The notes under the pieces were generated by a model. The model saw only the letters and a program-made list of their open reading frames with translations, made no database searches and was not told the origin of the DNA. From positions 14,845-78,844 of the IMG/VR virus record IMGVR_UViG_3300047160_003205: a stretch of DNA of 64,000 nucleotides; one strand, given 5' to 3'. The stretch comes from a virus (lineage: Duplodnaviria > Caudoviricetes). A program made the translations under genes and the position numbers. This document shows positions 35,902 through 44,202 of this stretch, piece by piece (positions within the stretch are counted from its first letter, which is position 1; the number at the start of each line of letters is the position of its first letter).

Positions 35902-36936
35902 TTAGTCGTCATAAGCCCTCTCCTCCCGCGCTTTTGCCCGCTCACGCGCAGCTTTCTGCTTAAGGGCCACGGACTTCATATGCTGCCGCCGCCGCTCGCG
36001 CTCCTCATCAGTGATCTTCATCCTCCAACCAATGGGGTGTAAGCGGCCCACCCTGTGTGTGGATTGAATATCGGGGAGCGGCCCGAGGTCGGTGGGAATG
36101 TCGGGCGTCGTCCCCAGAGGGATGGGTAGCCCCTTCCCCCGCGCGTATTCATACCGCCCTCTATTCTGCGCCTTTAGCATTTCCTCATTTGTCAGTGCCC
36201 GGGGCTTCCGTCCCCGTTTCGCTGGATTGTTCACTCGTTGATACCCCCGGTAGTTCAGTGACAGGTTCTTCGGCAACATTATCCTGTAGCGACGCACGCA
36301 CAACACCAGGACCTGGCGGATGCGCTCACGCGACACGCCGTGAACCTCCCCGGTCGCTTTCAGCGTCTCCAGCCGGATGTAGTCCCGCACGATATTCGCC
36401 CAGTACTCGGGCATGGACGGATAGATCGCGGCATTGTGCTCCTCGATCTCACGCGCCCGCGCCTTCTCCGCGTCATGCGCGAACCACACCTTCGCTTCCT
36501 CTTCCAACCGCGCTTCCTCCGCTTCCCTTTTATCCAGTGCCCTGATGTCGTCCGCCTTCAGTGTCGCCTCCGCCATCACTTCCGGGTCCGTCAACCAGAA
36601 CTTACTGACCGTGATCGGGTTCACGCCGCCGTACTTGTCGTACACATGGGATGCGACCCGGCCCGCGAGGATTTCGCTCACCACTGCGACCTTAAAGGCG
36701 TGTGGATACCTGGAGGGATACTTTGGCGCGCCCCATGCCGCCGCCCGCTCGCGGCGGCGCGCGTGCCCCAGCTTGCGGTCCTCGCGGGTGAAGCGGACCC
36801 TGTAGATTTTGGCGGCGGACTCCAGCTGTTTCACCCGGAAGCCCAGGGCTTTCGCGATGTCGATGCGGCTCACCCCTTCGGCGGCCAGCTTCCTGAGAAG
36901 CTTCTGCTTCTCGTCCGTCCAAATCCGCCTGCCCAT
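35902..36936 (-). CDS. Regulator with GcrA-like N-terminal HTH and sigma70 region-4-like HTH
   Basis: WTDEKQKLLRKLAAEGVSRIDIAKALG; TLKATGEVHGVSRERIRQVL. Confidence 0.65.
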   Translation of the reverse strand: MGRRIWTDEKQKLLRKLAAEGVSRIDIAKALGFRVKQLESAAKIYRVRFTREDRKLGHARRRERAAAWGAPKYPSRYPHAFKVAVVSEILAGRVASHVYDKYGGVNPITVSKFWLTDPEVMAEATLKADDIRALDKREAEEARLEEEAKVWFAHDAEKARAREIEEHNAAIYPSMPEYWANIVRDYIRLETLKATGEVHGVSRERIRQVLVLCVRRYRIMLPKNLSLNYRGYQRVNNPAKRGRKPRALTNEEMLKAQNRGRYEYARGKGLPIPLGTTPDIPTDLGPLPDIQSTHRVGRLHPIGWRMKITDEERERRRQHMKSVALKQKAARERAKAREERAYDD

Positions 36937-36982
36937 CGGCCCTTCCGCTCGGATATAGTCTAGCCGGTCGGAGAAAGAAAGT

Positions 36983-37393
36983 CTATGGCCCCGGTTCGTA
37001 CATCGCCGCGACCTTCAGCAAGACATTGAGCGTTTCCTCAGCATTGCTCACCTGCTCGGCATATTTCTCTAACCGCGCTCGCGCTGCGCTAATGTCGCGC
37101 TTCGCGGCCCGCATGTCACGCTTCCAGTACTTGATGTCATCCTGGATCTTCTCGATGTAGTAGTCGTAGGGCGTGGTCTTGACGACCACTTCCTTCGCGT
37201 CCGTCAGGCCGGGGATGTTGGACTGTGACAGCGATGGCTGAGCCAGTCCCTCCCCGATGTCGATTGCGGTCTTAAGGTGCTCAGCCGCTTGCCGCGCTAG
37301 TTCTCGTGCCTCTGGGCCCACAGGATCAGTCCTCTCCGGATAGGGGTTAGTGAAAGTCGCGTTAGCCTTGCCTATGATGTCTTCTTCAGCCAT
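36983..37393 (-). CDS. Coiled-coil hypothetical protein
   Basis: 136 aa in the operon. Confidence 0.5.
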   Translation of the reverse strand: MAEEDIIGKANATFTNPYPERTDPVGPEARELARQAAEHLKTAIDIGEGLAQPSLSQSNIPGLTDAKEVVVKTTPYDYYIEKIQDDIKYWKRDMRAAKRDISAARARLEKYAEQVSNAEETLNVLLKVAAMYEPGP

Positions 37394-38109
37394 GGGAATA
37401 GCCTTTCATGCCACCCCCGTCGCCTAACCACATGGACCTTTGCCAGTGGGTACTTCTTCCTTAGCTTTTCCGCCATTTCCTCAGTACGACACATCAGTTC
37501 GCGGATGATGACCCGCTCGGCGCGCCACCCCCGAACTCCCAACACATAGCGGTCATAGCGTTCCACGACCCCGGTGATAATCTTCACTTTATTCCCCGCC
37601 GGGCGGCCAGCGCTAGTTATGGCTTCGCCCCGGTCGGGGTGCCTCTTATGCATCCAGTTTCGCGGCAGCAGCCTCGCATGGATTCCGGCGTGCCCCCGCG
37701 CGCCTAGGTCCTCATCGTCAAAGTAGTTCGCTTCCAGTTCTTCGTCGGGCCACGGCGTCCCTTGGAAGGGCGAATATAGCCCTTCAAACTTCTCGGCCCA
37801 CATGCCGTAGTGCTGCGATCCGTCAGGACGGATAATCATGCGCGGCGCTATCCGGAAGCTTTCATACCAGAACCAGAACTTCCAGCCCAGGTGACTTCGG
37901 CGCTTCTCCCATGGCCAGAGCCACCAGCGTATAGACCGGCCCCAACTCATGCGAGCGAATGCCGCGATAATCCCTATGGTGATGAGAGGCGTGGAGGCCG
38001 AAGTGATCCAACCCGTTATATGGAAGGCGTCCCGCACGCCTTCCACCACGAGTATCAGGCCGAGGTTGAGCGCCCCCGCCGCGACGCCCATAAATAGTGG
38101 GCGCTTCAT
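37372..38109 (-). CDS. Membrane-anchored hypothetical protein
   Basis: Two N-terminal hydrophobic helices; HAGIHA motif. Confidence 0.55.
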   Translation of the reverse strand: MKRPLFMGVAAGALNLGLILVVEGVRDAFHITGWITSASTPLITIGIIAAFARMSWGRSIRWWLWPWEKRRSHLGWKFWFWYESFRIAPRMIIRPDGSQHYGMWAEKFEGLYSPFQGTPWPDEELEANYFDDEDLGARGHAGIHARLLPRNWMHKRHPDRGEAITSAGRPAGNKVKIITGVVERYDRYVLGVRGWRAERVIIRELMCRTEEMAEKLRKKYPLAKVHVVRRRGWHERLFPWLKKTS

Positions 38110-38288
38110 ACACGCTCTTTCTCGCGGGCTGGAGTCTTTAGGGGCTCACGCGGCGTCGGCACTTCCCGCTTCGCAGGCCAGGGCGGCACCTCCACCTTCC
38201 GGGTTCCATGCTCAATTACCTTGCCGATGTCCACGGTTTCCTCTTGCGGTTGTAGATTTTCCCCGACGCGATGGTCTTGGGGCGGCAT
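38106..38288 (-). CDS. Hypothetical protein
   Basis: 60 aa, coupled. Confidence 0.4.
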   Translation of the reverse strand: MPPQDHRVGENLQPQEETVDIGKVIEHGTRKVEVPPWPAKREVPTPREPLKTPAREKERV

Positions 38289-38333
38289 TGCCCTTGCGGC
38301 GACCGCACAGCCCTAGCGATGGGATTGCGCACC

Positions 38334-38759
38334 TTAACCTTTTTCATCTTCAAGGCCGAGTGCCTCCCGTTCCTCAGGCGTGAGCTTTGCTAAGGCTGCG
38401 CGCTTGAGAATTGCTTTTGCCCGCTGGTTGACTCGCGCCAGTTTCGCCTTCGCATCCGCCCGCTGATGCGCTTCCCACCAGTCGGCCAGCCTTCTCGCGA
38501 TTTGGACATGGGCGTCATAGACGATGGTCTCCATCTCCAGTGGCGCTAGAGCCTGCAGCCTCGCACACATGAACTGGGCGAGCTTATCCAGGTCTGCGAC
38601 CTTTCCCTCCCCCCGCTCCACCTTGATGATCCACACCGGGACCGTCTCGTGAAGCTCAGTGAGAAGGTAGGCCGCCATCTTCCCCATCCGCTTCAGCCGC
38701 GCTGGGCGCGGGTCGGGGCGGGCCGGCACCCCATTGTCCCAGTTATCATGGCACGGCAT
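38334..38759 (-). CDS. Hypothetical protein
   Basis: LARWWEAH...AKLTPEEREALGL type motif. Confidence 0.55.
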   Translation of the reverse strand: MPCHDNWDNGVPARPDPRPARLKRMGKMAAYLLTELHETVPVWIIKVERGEGKVADLDKLAQFMCARLQALAPLEMETIVYDAHVQIARRLADWWEAHQRADAKAKLARVNQRAKAILKRAALAKLTPEEREALGLEDEKG

Positions 38760-38915
38760 CTATTCAGTCCTCGTAGTGCCGCAAACGGTGCAGCGGTAGC
38801 GCGGTTGATTGTTGTTGCCGGTGGGGGGGCGCTTATTCATAACGCGCCGCGCCCTCCCATACTCGTGGTCCTGGAAGGTGGACTTACAGTCCGGGTTAAC
38901 GCAAACGAGAATCAT
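38760..38915 (-). CDS. Small Zn-finger protein (51 aa, absent from ORF track)
   Basis: MILVCVNPDCK...YRCTVCG. Confidence 0.55.
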   Translation of the reverse strand: MILVCVNPDCKSTFQDHEYGRARRVMNKRPPTGNNNQPRYRCTVCGTTRTE

Positions 38916-38928
38916 CAGTCATAGCCCC

Positions 38929-39276
38929 CTAGTTGGTGATCTTCTTCATGTCGGTCCGCAGCTCCTCGTCGGAGAGCTGGCGCGACTTGGCCGGGTCGCC
39001 CTCCTTCATGGAGATACCGGCGAGCTTTCCGATATGCGGGTCGTTGCCGACGAGCTTGTTGCCTTCAAGCTTGAGGACGCCCGACTGTAGCAGGCCATCG
39101 ATGAGGGTCAGGATGGTCGTGCCGGGCGGTAGGTTGTTGACGATCTCAGGGGGAAGCACGAACTTCATCCCCATGACCTCGTAGGTCGTCCAATCCTCGG
39201 GTGGCGTCTTCTCACCGGCCTTCTCATAGGCTCCGACGAGCTTTTGGACGACGAGCTTTTGTTTCTTGGTCGCCAT
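38929..39276 (-). CDS. Hypothetical protein
   Basis: 115 aa with RBS AAGGAAGG. Confidence 0.55.
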   Translation of the reverse strand: MATKKQKLVVQKLVGAYEKAGEKTPPEDWTTYEVMGMKFVLPPEIVNNLPPGTTILTLIDGLLQSGVLKLEGNKLVGNDPHIGKLAGISMKEGDPAKSRQLSDEELRTDMKKITN

Positions 39277-39575
39277 CAGTTCACCTTCCTTCGGGCTTGT
39301 TCGTATTCATACATTCGCTTCATCCCATCCTCGGTTACGAGGAAGGTGATCTTGAATTTGCGTTCCCCCAACACGAGGGCGGACGCGACAGCGTCCACGA
39401 AGAACTGGTTCTCGCCTGCTGCCGCCGCGAGCGCCTGAATCCGTTCAGGCTTCACCCACTCGGAGGTCCCGCCTGATTGCCACCCCATGAGTAGCATGAG
39501 GGCACGAGACATGGAGCGTCCTTCCGTCACACTCGACAACATTGGGACCGACGCCGTGAATTCTTCTAGGGTCAT
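39276..39575 (-). CDS. Hypothetical protein
   Basis: 99 aa with RBS AGCGGAGA. Confidence 0.55.
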   Translation of the reverse strand: MTLEEFTASVPMLSSVTEGRSMSRALMLLMGWQSGGTSEWVKPERIQALAAAAGENQFFVDAVASALVLGERKFKITFLVTEDGMKRMYEYEQARRKVN

Positions 39576-39617
39576 CGCAATCTCCGCTCGATCTTCTCCT
39601 TATTTTACCTCGAAAGG

Positions 39618-39657
39618 AAAAGAAAGTATAGACTTACAGCGGCGCTTCCCCTATACT
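39618..39657 (+). promoter_or_regulatory. Sigma70-like promoter
   Basis: AAAAGAAAG-ta-TAGACT(39629-34)-N17-TATACT(39652-57). Confidence 0.65.
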
Positions 39658-39663
39658 CGGAAA

Positions 39664-39809
39664 GCTAGGGGCCTCGCCCCGACAAAGCAGAGGAGGTTGG
39701 TGTTCTCCGCTCCAACTGGATGCGACCCTCCCGCCCCCCAGCGGTAACGCATCCCCCTAGTGGACCCCCGACGTAGAGCCCCCCAGCCCGAGCGTCGGGG
39801 GTCCTTTTT
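39664..39809 (+). ncRNA. Candidate small RNA (about 145 nt, four hairpins)
   Basis: Own promoter; stems 39696-700/39712-16, 39718-24/39748-54, 39762-73/39793-804, then TTTTT. No ORF. Confidence 0.6.
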
Positions 39810-39811
39810 CA

Positions 39812-40405
39812 TTAGATACCGAACACGTCGCGGACTTTGTCAATGATCCCGCGCTTCTCAGGATCAGGCGCGGGTTCAGTCACCTTCGGCACTGGATCGG
39901 GGATGCGTTCCACCTCAGGCTCCTCAATCCCACACCATTTTTTGACCCCATCATCATTGACCTTCACCGGCCCGTACTTGTTGATGAGCCGCCGAATCTC
40001 ACCAACATTGGGGGCTTTACTCCCTTCCTTCTCCATCCGCCGGTACTCCATGTCACGGATGAACCCGTAGGCCAGGTGCGCCGCCCTCGCCTCGGGCCGG
40101 ATTTCACGGGTTCGGTGCTTCCGGAGGCTCATGTATTCCTCCATGAGGTCGTCGGCTAGGGCTTGGTTCTGGTTCCGAACGGCCCAGGGGATACGACCAC
40201 CGACCCGCTTCTTGGGACCGATGACGGGAACGCCAAAGTGTTCTTCTTTTGAAGTGAAAGCTGCGATTGTAGCCTTCACCTTTTCCGGCGTGTCCTCGGG
40301 ACTACGCCGCTTCTTGCCGAGAAGTTTTTGTTCTTCGATGCGGATGCGCTTGGCTTCAGCCGTGAGGCCCGCAATCTTGACTCTGAGATAGCTCAACATT
40401 TCCAT
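39812..40405 (-). CDS. Phage hypothetical protein
   Basis: LRVKIAGLTAEAKRIRIEE...EARAAHLAYGFIR. Confidence 0.65.
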   Translation of the reverse strand: MEMLSYLRVKIAGLTAEAKRIRIEEQKLLGKKRRSPEDTPEKVKATIAAFTSKEEHFGVPVIGPKKRVGGRIPWAVRNQNQALADDLMEEYMSLRKHRTREIRPEARAAHLAYGFIRDMEYRRMEKEGSKAPNVGEIRRLINKYGPVKVNDDGVKKWCGIEEPEVERIPDPVPKVTEPAPDPEKRGIIDKVRDVFGI

Positions 40406-40500
40406 CGTTCCTGTGTGTTGGGTTGTTGCCTGAGATCACAGGAACTAAGGAGGCCACAGCGGGTATTCAGGTGAACGGCAAGTTATGCGCCTATCAGGAA

Positions 40501-40573
40501 TGGCGGCCTCGCCTGAGAGTCGAACTCAGCGGTATCCAGGATTGAAAGCCCAGCCGGTCCCACGACGCGAGCC
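40501..40573 (-). tRNA. tRNA-like element, anticodon TTC (Glu), shortened D-arm
   Basis: T-arm CTGAG-TTCGACT-CTCAG, anticodon loop CTTTCAA, acceptor GGCTCGC/GCGAG(G)CC and encoded G-CCA. Confidence 0.5.
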
Positions 40574-40615
40574 TCCGGGGAAAAAGAAAGCTTACCCCGG
40601 AGGCCGTTGCGGCGT

Positions 40616-40873
40616 CTATGTTAAATCAATCTTGAACCCGTGCGATTTCGCCGCACAGCGATGAAGCTCGACACGTTGCTCAGGCGTTAGCCCAGTCGCC
40701 GTGGCGATAATGTCGAGCCATTGGGGTGATGGGAGCTTACGTCCGTGAATCACCTCATTGAGATAACTTACGGACGTTCCGCTGCTCCTTGCTACCCGGT
40801 ACTGAGACATTCCTGCTGCGTTGAGTGCCGCCGAGACGGAACTCCCCAGCTTATTGTCACTTGAGGTCGACAT
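40616..40873 (-). CDS. XRE-family HTH protein
   Basis: MSQYRVARSSGTSVSYLNEVIHGRK; start reassigned to MSTSSD. Confidence 0.75.
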   Translation of the reverse strand: MSTSSDNKLGSSVSAALNAAGMSQYRVARSSGTSVSYLNEVIHGRKLPSPQWLDIIATATGLTPEQRVELHRCAAKSHGFKIDLT

Positions 40874-41600
40874 TGTCCACAATGGGCTCCTCGGGTTTCC
40901 CAGGGGTCGGAATGGGGCTAAGAGACGCCATGGGAGGTAGGTTGGCGCCGAGGGGCGCATTCTTCTTCCACCCAGTCGGGTCCCCAGAGGCCAGCTTCTG
41001 AGCGTCAGAGTAGCCGGCACTCATGGATGCCCCCCGCGCGAAGCTGGAGGTGTTCTGGGCGGTCGCCGCGAAGGCATTCTGGGTCGCTACGCGGTCCTTA
41101 CTGTAGCTAAGGGTGCTACCCCGAGCGATCCCGTACTGAGATGCCTGGGCATACGCATCGACTCCGCACCCCATGAAGATGAACTGCCACCCGAGGGCGG
41201 TCTTCTCCTTAATGAGAGACTGAAGCTCGATGGTCGTGTGCTCCCGGGAAGCGTTCTCGACCCCATCCGTCTGGATGGCGATCACGACCTTAGACCCTCG
41301 GTTCTTCTCCAGGGCCACCGCTTCCTCGACCGCCTTAATGGTCTTTACGGCGGCGTCCACGAGCGGGGTCCAGGCTCTCGGCAGGTAGGTCGTGCCCGTG
41401 AGCTTCGGCGCTTCGCTCACCGGGACATTCTTACAGGTCGTCTCGATGCTGATGGAATCGAACTGGACCAGGCTGAACGTCATGTCGGCTGGGTCTTCCT
41501 GGAGCTTGTCCAGATAGCCGTTGTAGGCTCCGATGGTGTCGTCTTTTACGGCCTCCATTGAGCCGCTCTTATCAAGCAAGAAGGTTACAATCGTTCCCAT
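40857..41600 (-). CDS. von Willebrand factor A domain protein
   Basis: MIDAS LLDKSGSM, TPLVDA, IQTDGVEN. Confidence 0.88.
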   Translation of the reverse strand: MGTIVTFLLDKSGSMEAVKDDTIGAYNGYLDKLQEDPADMTFSLVQFDSISIETTCKNVPVSEAPKLTGTTYLPRAWTPLVDAAVKTIKAVEEAVALEKNRGSKVVIAIQTDGVENASREHTTIELQSLIKEKTALGWQFIFMGCGVDAYAQASQYGIARGSTLSYSKDRVATQNAFAATAQNTSSFARGASMSAGYSDAQKLASGDPTGWKKNAPLGANLPPMASLSPIPTPGKPEEPIVDNVDLK

Positions 41601-41669
41601 TGCGGGCTCCTTTCGCTACCGGAGAATACTACGCTAGTAGCGAATGAGCCGCAATGCGATTTTTACTGG

Positions 41670-42071
41670 TTAGAAGCGGTCACGGTCGTGATCGCGGTCG
41701 TGGCCTCGGTCATGATCGTGTTCGTGATGCTCGCGGTCGCCGTGATGCTCGCGGTCCCGGTCGAAGTCGTGATCACGTTCACCCCGGAACTCGCGTCCAT
41801 GCCCGCGTTCCCAGCGGTCGCGGTCCCAGCCTCTCCAGCCTTCGCCACCGCCCCAACCATAGCCACGGTACCAGGCATAGTCGCACCAGTACCAGCCGGG
41901 GCCGTTCCAGCCATCGTCGTACCAGCAGTACTGATGGCCATTGAAGACGTAATCCTCAATGTCTTCGAAGGGATCGAAGTGTCGAAAGTGTCGCCATTGA
42001 GCCTGGGCCGGTGGCGCCATGCCGGTGACGACGAGTGAGGCCGCCGCAGCAGCCATAAGGGCTAGTTTCAT
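41670..42071 (-). CDS. Exported Trp/Gly-rich protein of alphaproteobacterial type
   Basis: Signal peptide, YCWYDDGWNGPGWYWC core, RDHD-repeat tail. Confidence 0.75.
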   Translation of the reverse strand: MKLALMAAAAASLVVTGMAPPAQAQWRHFRHFDPFEDIEDYVFNGHQYCWYDDGWNGPGWYWCDYAWYRGYGWGGGEGWRGWDRDRWERGHGREFRGERDHDFDRDREHHGDREHHEHDHDRGHDRDHDRDRF

Positions 42072-42126
42072 AGGAGGTCCAATCCTTTTGGAGCTTCACG
42101 TTCGGGGATGATAACGCCGGTGCAGA

Positions 42127-42141
42127 TTAACCGATCCTTAA
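42127..42141. promoter_or_regulatory. CtrA-type binding site
   Basis: Perfect TTAA-CCGATCC-TTAA in the divergent gap upstream of the portal gene. Confidence 0.6.
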
Positions 42142-42215
42142 AACTGGAAAGCAGGTTGAATGCCCTGGTATTTTAGGCTCCTACTAATAGTATACAGCGT
42201 TGGGGCCGATACTAC

Positions 42216-43808
42216 ATGGCAGAATTATCGGCCAACGGCTTAACATCCTCGCTTCAGGATTTGATCGACAATGGCGATATAAAGCCAGGCGAATCAATCA
42301 GTTACCAACTTTGTAAGGACCTTTACATCTATCACCCAATGGGGGCCAAGCTCGTGGATGCCCCTATCGCATTAGCCCAGACCCAAGAGCGTGAGATCGC
42401 CGTTCCGGCAGGGCCGGAAAGCCGTCTTATTGAGGCTTTCGAGCGCGAGTGGGAGGAGCTAAATGCTGACCGCTACATCGCGAATATTGCGCGATTGGCT
42501 CGGGTTTATGGGATTGCTTCTATTGCTGTCATTATTGATGGTGTTAAGGCGAGTACGCCCCTCGAATACAGCAAGCTCTATAAGCAATCGATCACGTTCT
42601 CGTGCTTCGACCCGCTGAATACGTCTGGTTCTTTCGTCCTTAATCAAGACCCCTTGGCCATTGACTTCCTGAAAATCATGGACATTCGGGTCCAAGGTGA
42701 AGCTTTTCACCGATCCAGGTTCGTGGCTATACAGAACGAAGACCCAATCTATATTGCGTTTAACACATCTTCTTTCGGTTTTACTGGCCGTTCTATTTAC
42801 CAACGGGCGCTGTTCCCGTTGAAGTCGTTTATCCAAACAATGTTGACTGATGACTTGGTGGCATACAAAGCTGGGGTTATTGTCACTAAGATACGCCAGC
42901 CAGGCAGTATCATTGACAAGGCAATGAGCTATATTGCCGGCCTCAAGCGAATGTTCGTGAAGGTCGCGGCAGTCGGCAACATCATCAGCATCGCCCCGGA
43001 CGAGGCGATTGAGACATTGAACTTCCAGAACCTCCACAATCCCTTCCAGATGGCTCGCAAGAACATCATTGACAATATAGCCTCAGCGGCGGGGATGCCG
43101 GCCCTCATCATCAATGAGGAGCCCCTCACGGATGGGTTCGGGGAAGGCATCGAGGACGCGAAGAAGATTGCCCAGTGCATCAACGGCATCCGCTTGTGGA
43201 TGCAACCATTGTATGCCTTCTTCGACAAGATCACTATGCATCGCGCATGGAATGAGGACTTCTATGCGGCGATCCAGCGGGACTTCCCCGAGGAGTATGG
43301 CGATAAGGACTACAACACGGCGTTCTATGAGTGGACCAATTCGTTTGATGCTATCTGGCCAAACCTCATCCAGGAGCCTGATAGTGACAAGGTGATGGTC
43401 GCCCACGTCAAGTTGAAGGCGGCGATTGAGCTGTTGGAGGTTTTGACGCCCCTCGTGGACCCGGAGAACAAGGCCCGTGTGATCCAGGCGACGATGGACA
43501 ACATCAATGCCATGAAGGACATGTTCTCGACGCCGTTCGAACTGGACTATGATGCGATCGCAGAGTACGTGCCGCCTGAACAGGAGATGATGCTCGCTAA
43601 GCAGGAAGGCGCGTTCGGGGGTGGTAATGGCGCAGCAGGCCCACCGAAGCCCAAACCACCGAACCCGATGCAGGATCGAATCAAGGGTAAGACTGACTCC
43701 AGCACCGCCGTCGCGGACCTGGCAGCGTACCAGAAGAAGATTAGGGATTCCAGACATTTTAGGAAACCGAGCCCCCGACTCACCTATGGCGACAGCAGCA
43801 ATGTATAG
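42216..43808 (+). CDS. Portal protein (DUF1073/Acb1-like family)
   Basis: ARVYGIA, FHRSRF, GFTGRS, IASAAGMP; first gene of the head operon. Confidence 0.85.
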   Translation: MAELSANGLTSSLQDLIDNGDIKPGESISYQLCKDLYIYHPMGAKLVDAPIALAQTQEREIAVPAGPESRLIEAFEREWEELNADRYIANIARLARVYGIASIAVIIDGVKASTPLEYSKLYKQSITFSCFDPLNTSGSFVLNQDPLAIDFLKIMDIRVQGEAFHRSRFVAIQNEDPIYIAFNTSSFGFTGRSIYQRALFPLKSFIQTMLTDDLVAYKAGVIVTKIRQPGSIIDKAMSYIAGLKRMFVKVAAVGNIISIAPDEAIETLNFQNLHNPFQMARKNIIDNIASAAGMPALIINEEPLTDGFGEGIEDAKKIAQCINGIRLWMQPLYAFFDKITMHRAWNEDFYAAIQRDFPEEYGDKDYNTAFYEWTNSFDAIWPNLIQEPDSDKVMVAHVKLKAAIELLEVLTPLVDPENKARVIQATMDNINAMKDMFSTPFELDYDAIAEYVPPEQEMMLAKQEGAFGGGNGAAGPPKPKPPNPMQDRIKGKTDSSTAVADLAAYQKKIRDSRHFRKPSPRLTYGDSSNV

Positions 43809-44202
43809 CGTCTCTCCCGATGAAGCCCGGAAGATGGCTTATAAGATTGAGTGCTTAGAGGAGAAGGTTGCCTACCTAGAGGCCGAGCTGGGGCTGAGTG
43901 ACAGCATCCAGTTAGAGATGAAGATGCGATCAGCGTTTGCCCTGATGCCCACTGACGCGAAGGTCTTGGCTACCTTCTACAGCGCCCGCGCCGGGCGGCC
44001 TCTCACTCGGGAGCACCTCGACGACATCATCTCGACGTTCTCCTGCCGTGAGCACGAGACGAAGGTGGTAGAGGTCTACATCTGTCGTATCCGCAAAATA
44101 CTGGGCTATGCCTCGATAGAGAACATCTGGGGTCGCGGCTACCGCTTGTCTCCTGAAGGGCGCGAGAAGGTGTCCTCTGCGATTGAGCCTGTCTATGCAT
44201 GA
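43801..44202 (+). CDS. OmpR/CtrA-like winged-helix DNA-binding protein without receiver domain
   Basis: KVVEVYICRIRKIL...IENIWGRGYRL; N-terminal coiled coil; overlaps both neighbours. Confidence 0.8.
   Translation: MYSVSPDEARKMAYKIECLEEKVAYLEAELGLSDSIQLEMKMRSAFALMPTDAKVLATFYSARAGRPLTREHLDDIISTFSCREHETKVVEVYICRIRKILGYASIENIWGRGYRLSPEGREKVSSAIEPVYA

Noticed and set aside
14659-41600. MoxR AAA+/vWA chaperone pair
   Set aside because: The genes are 25 kb apart and I saw no MoxR-type features in the ATPase.
41663-41959. Thr/Ala-rich ORF
   Set aside because: Alternative frame of the exported-protein gene 41670-42071, which has a signal peptide and a recognisable core.
42216-43808. Anti-CBASS (Acb1) activity from the family name of the portal-like protein
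   Set aside because: Position and size indicate portal function; I saw no 2H-phosphoesterase HxT motif pair.
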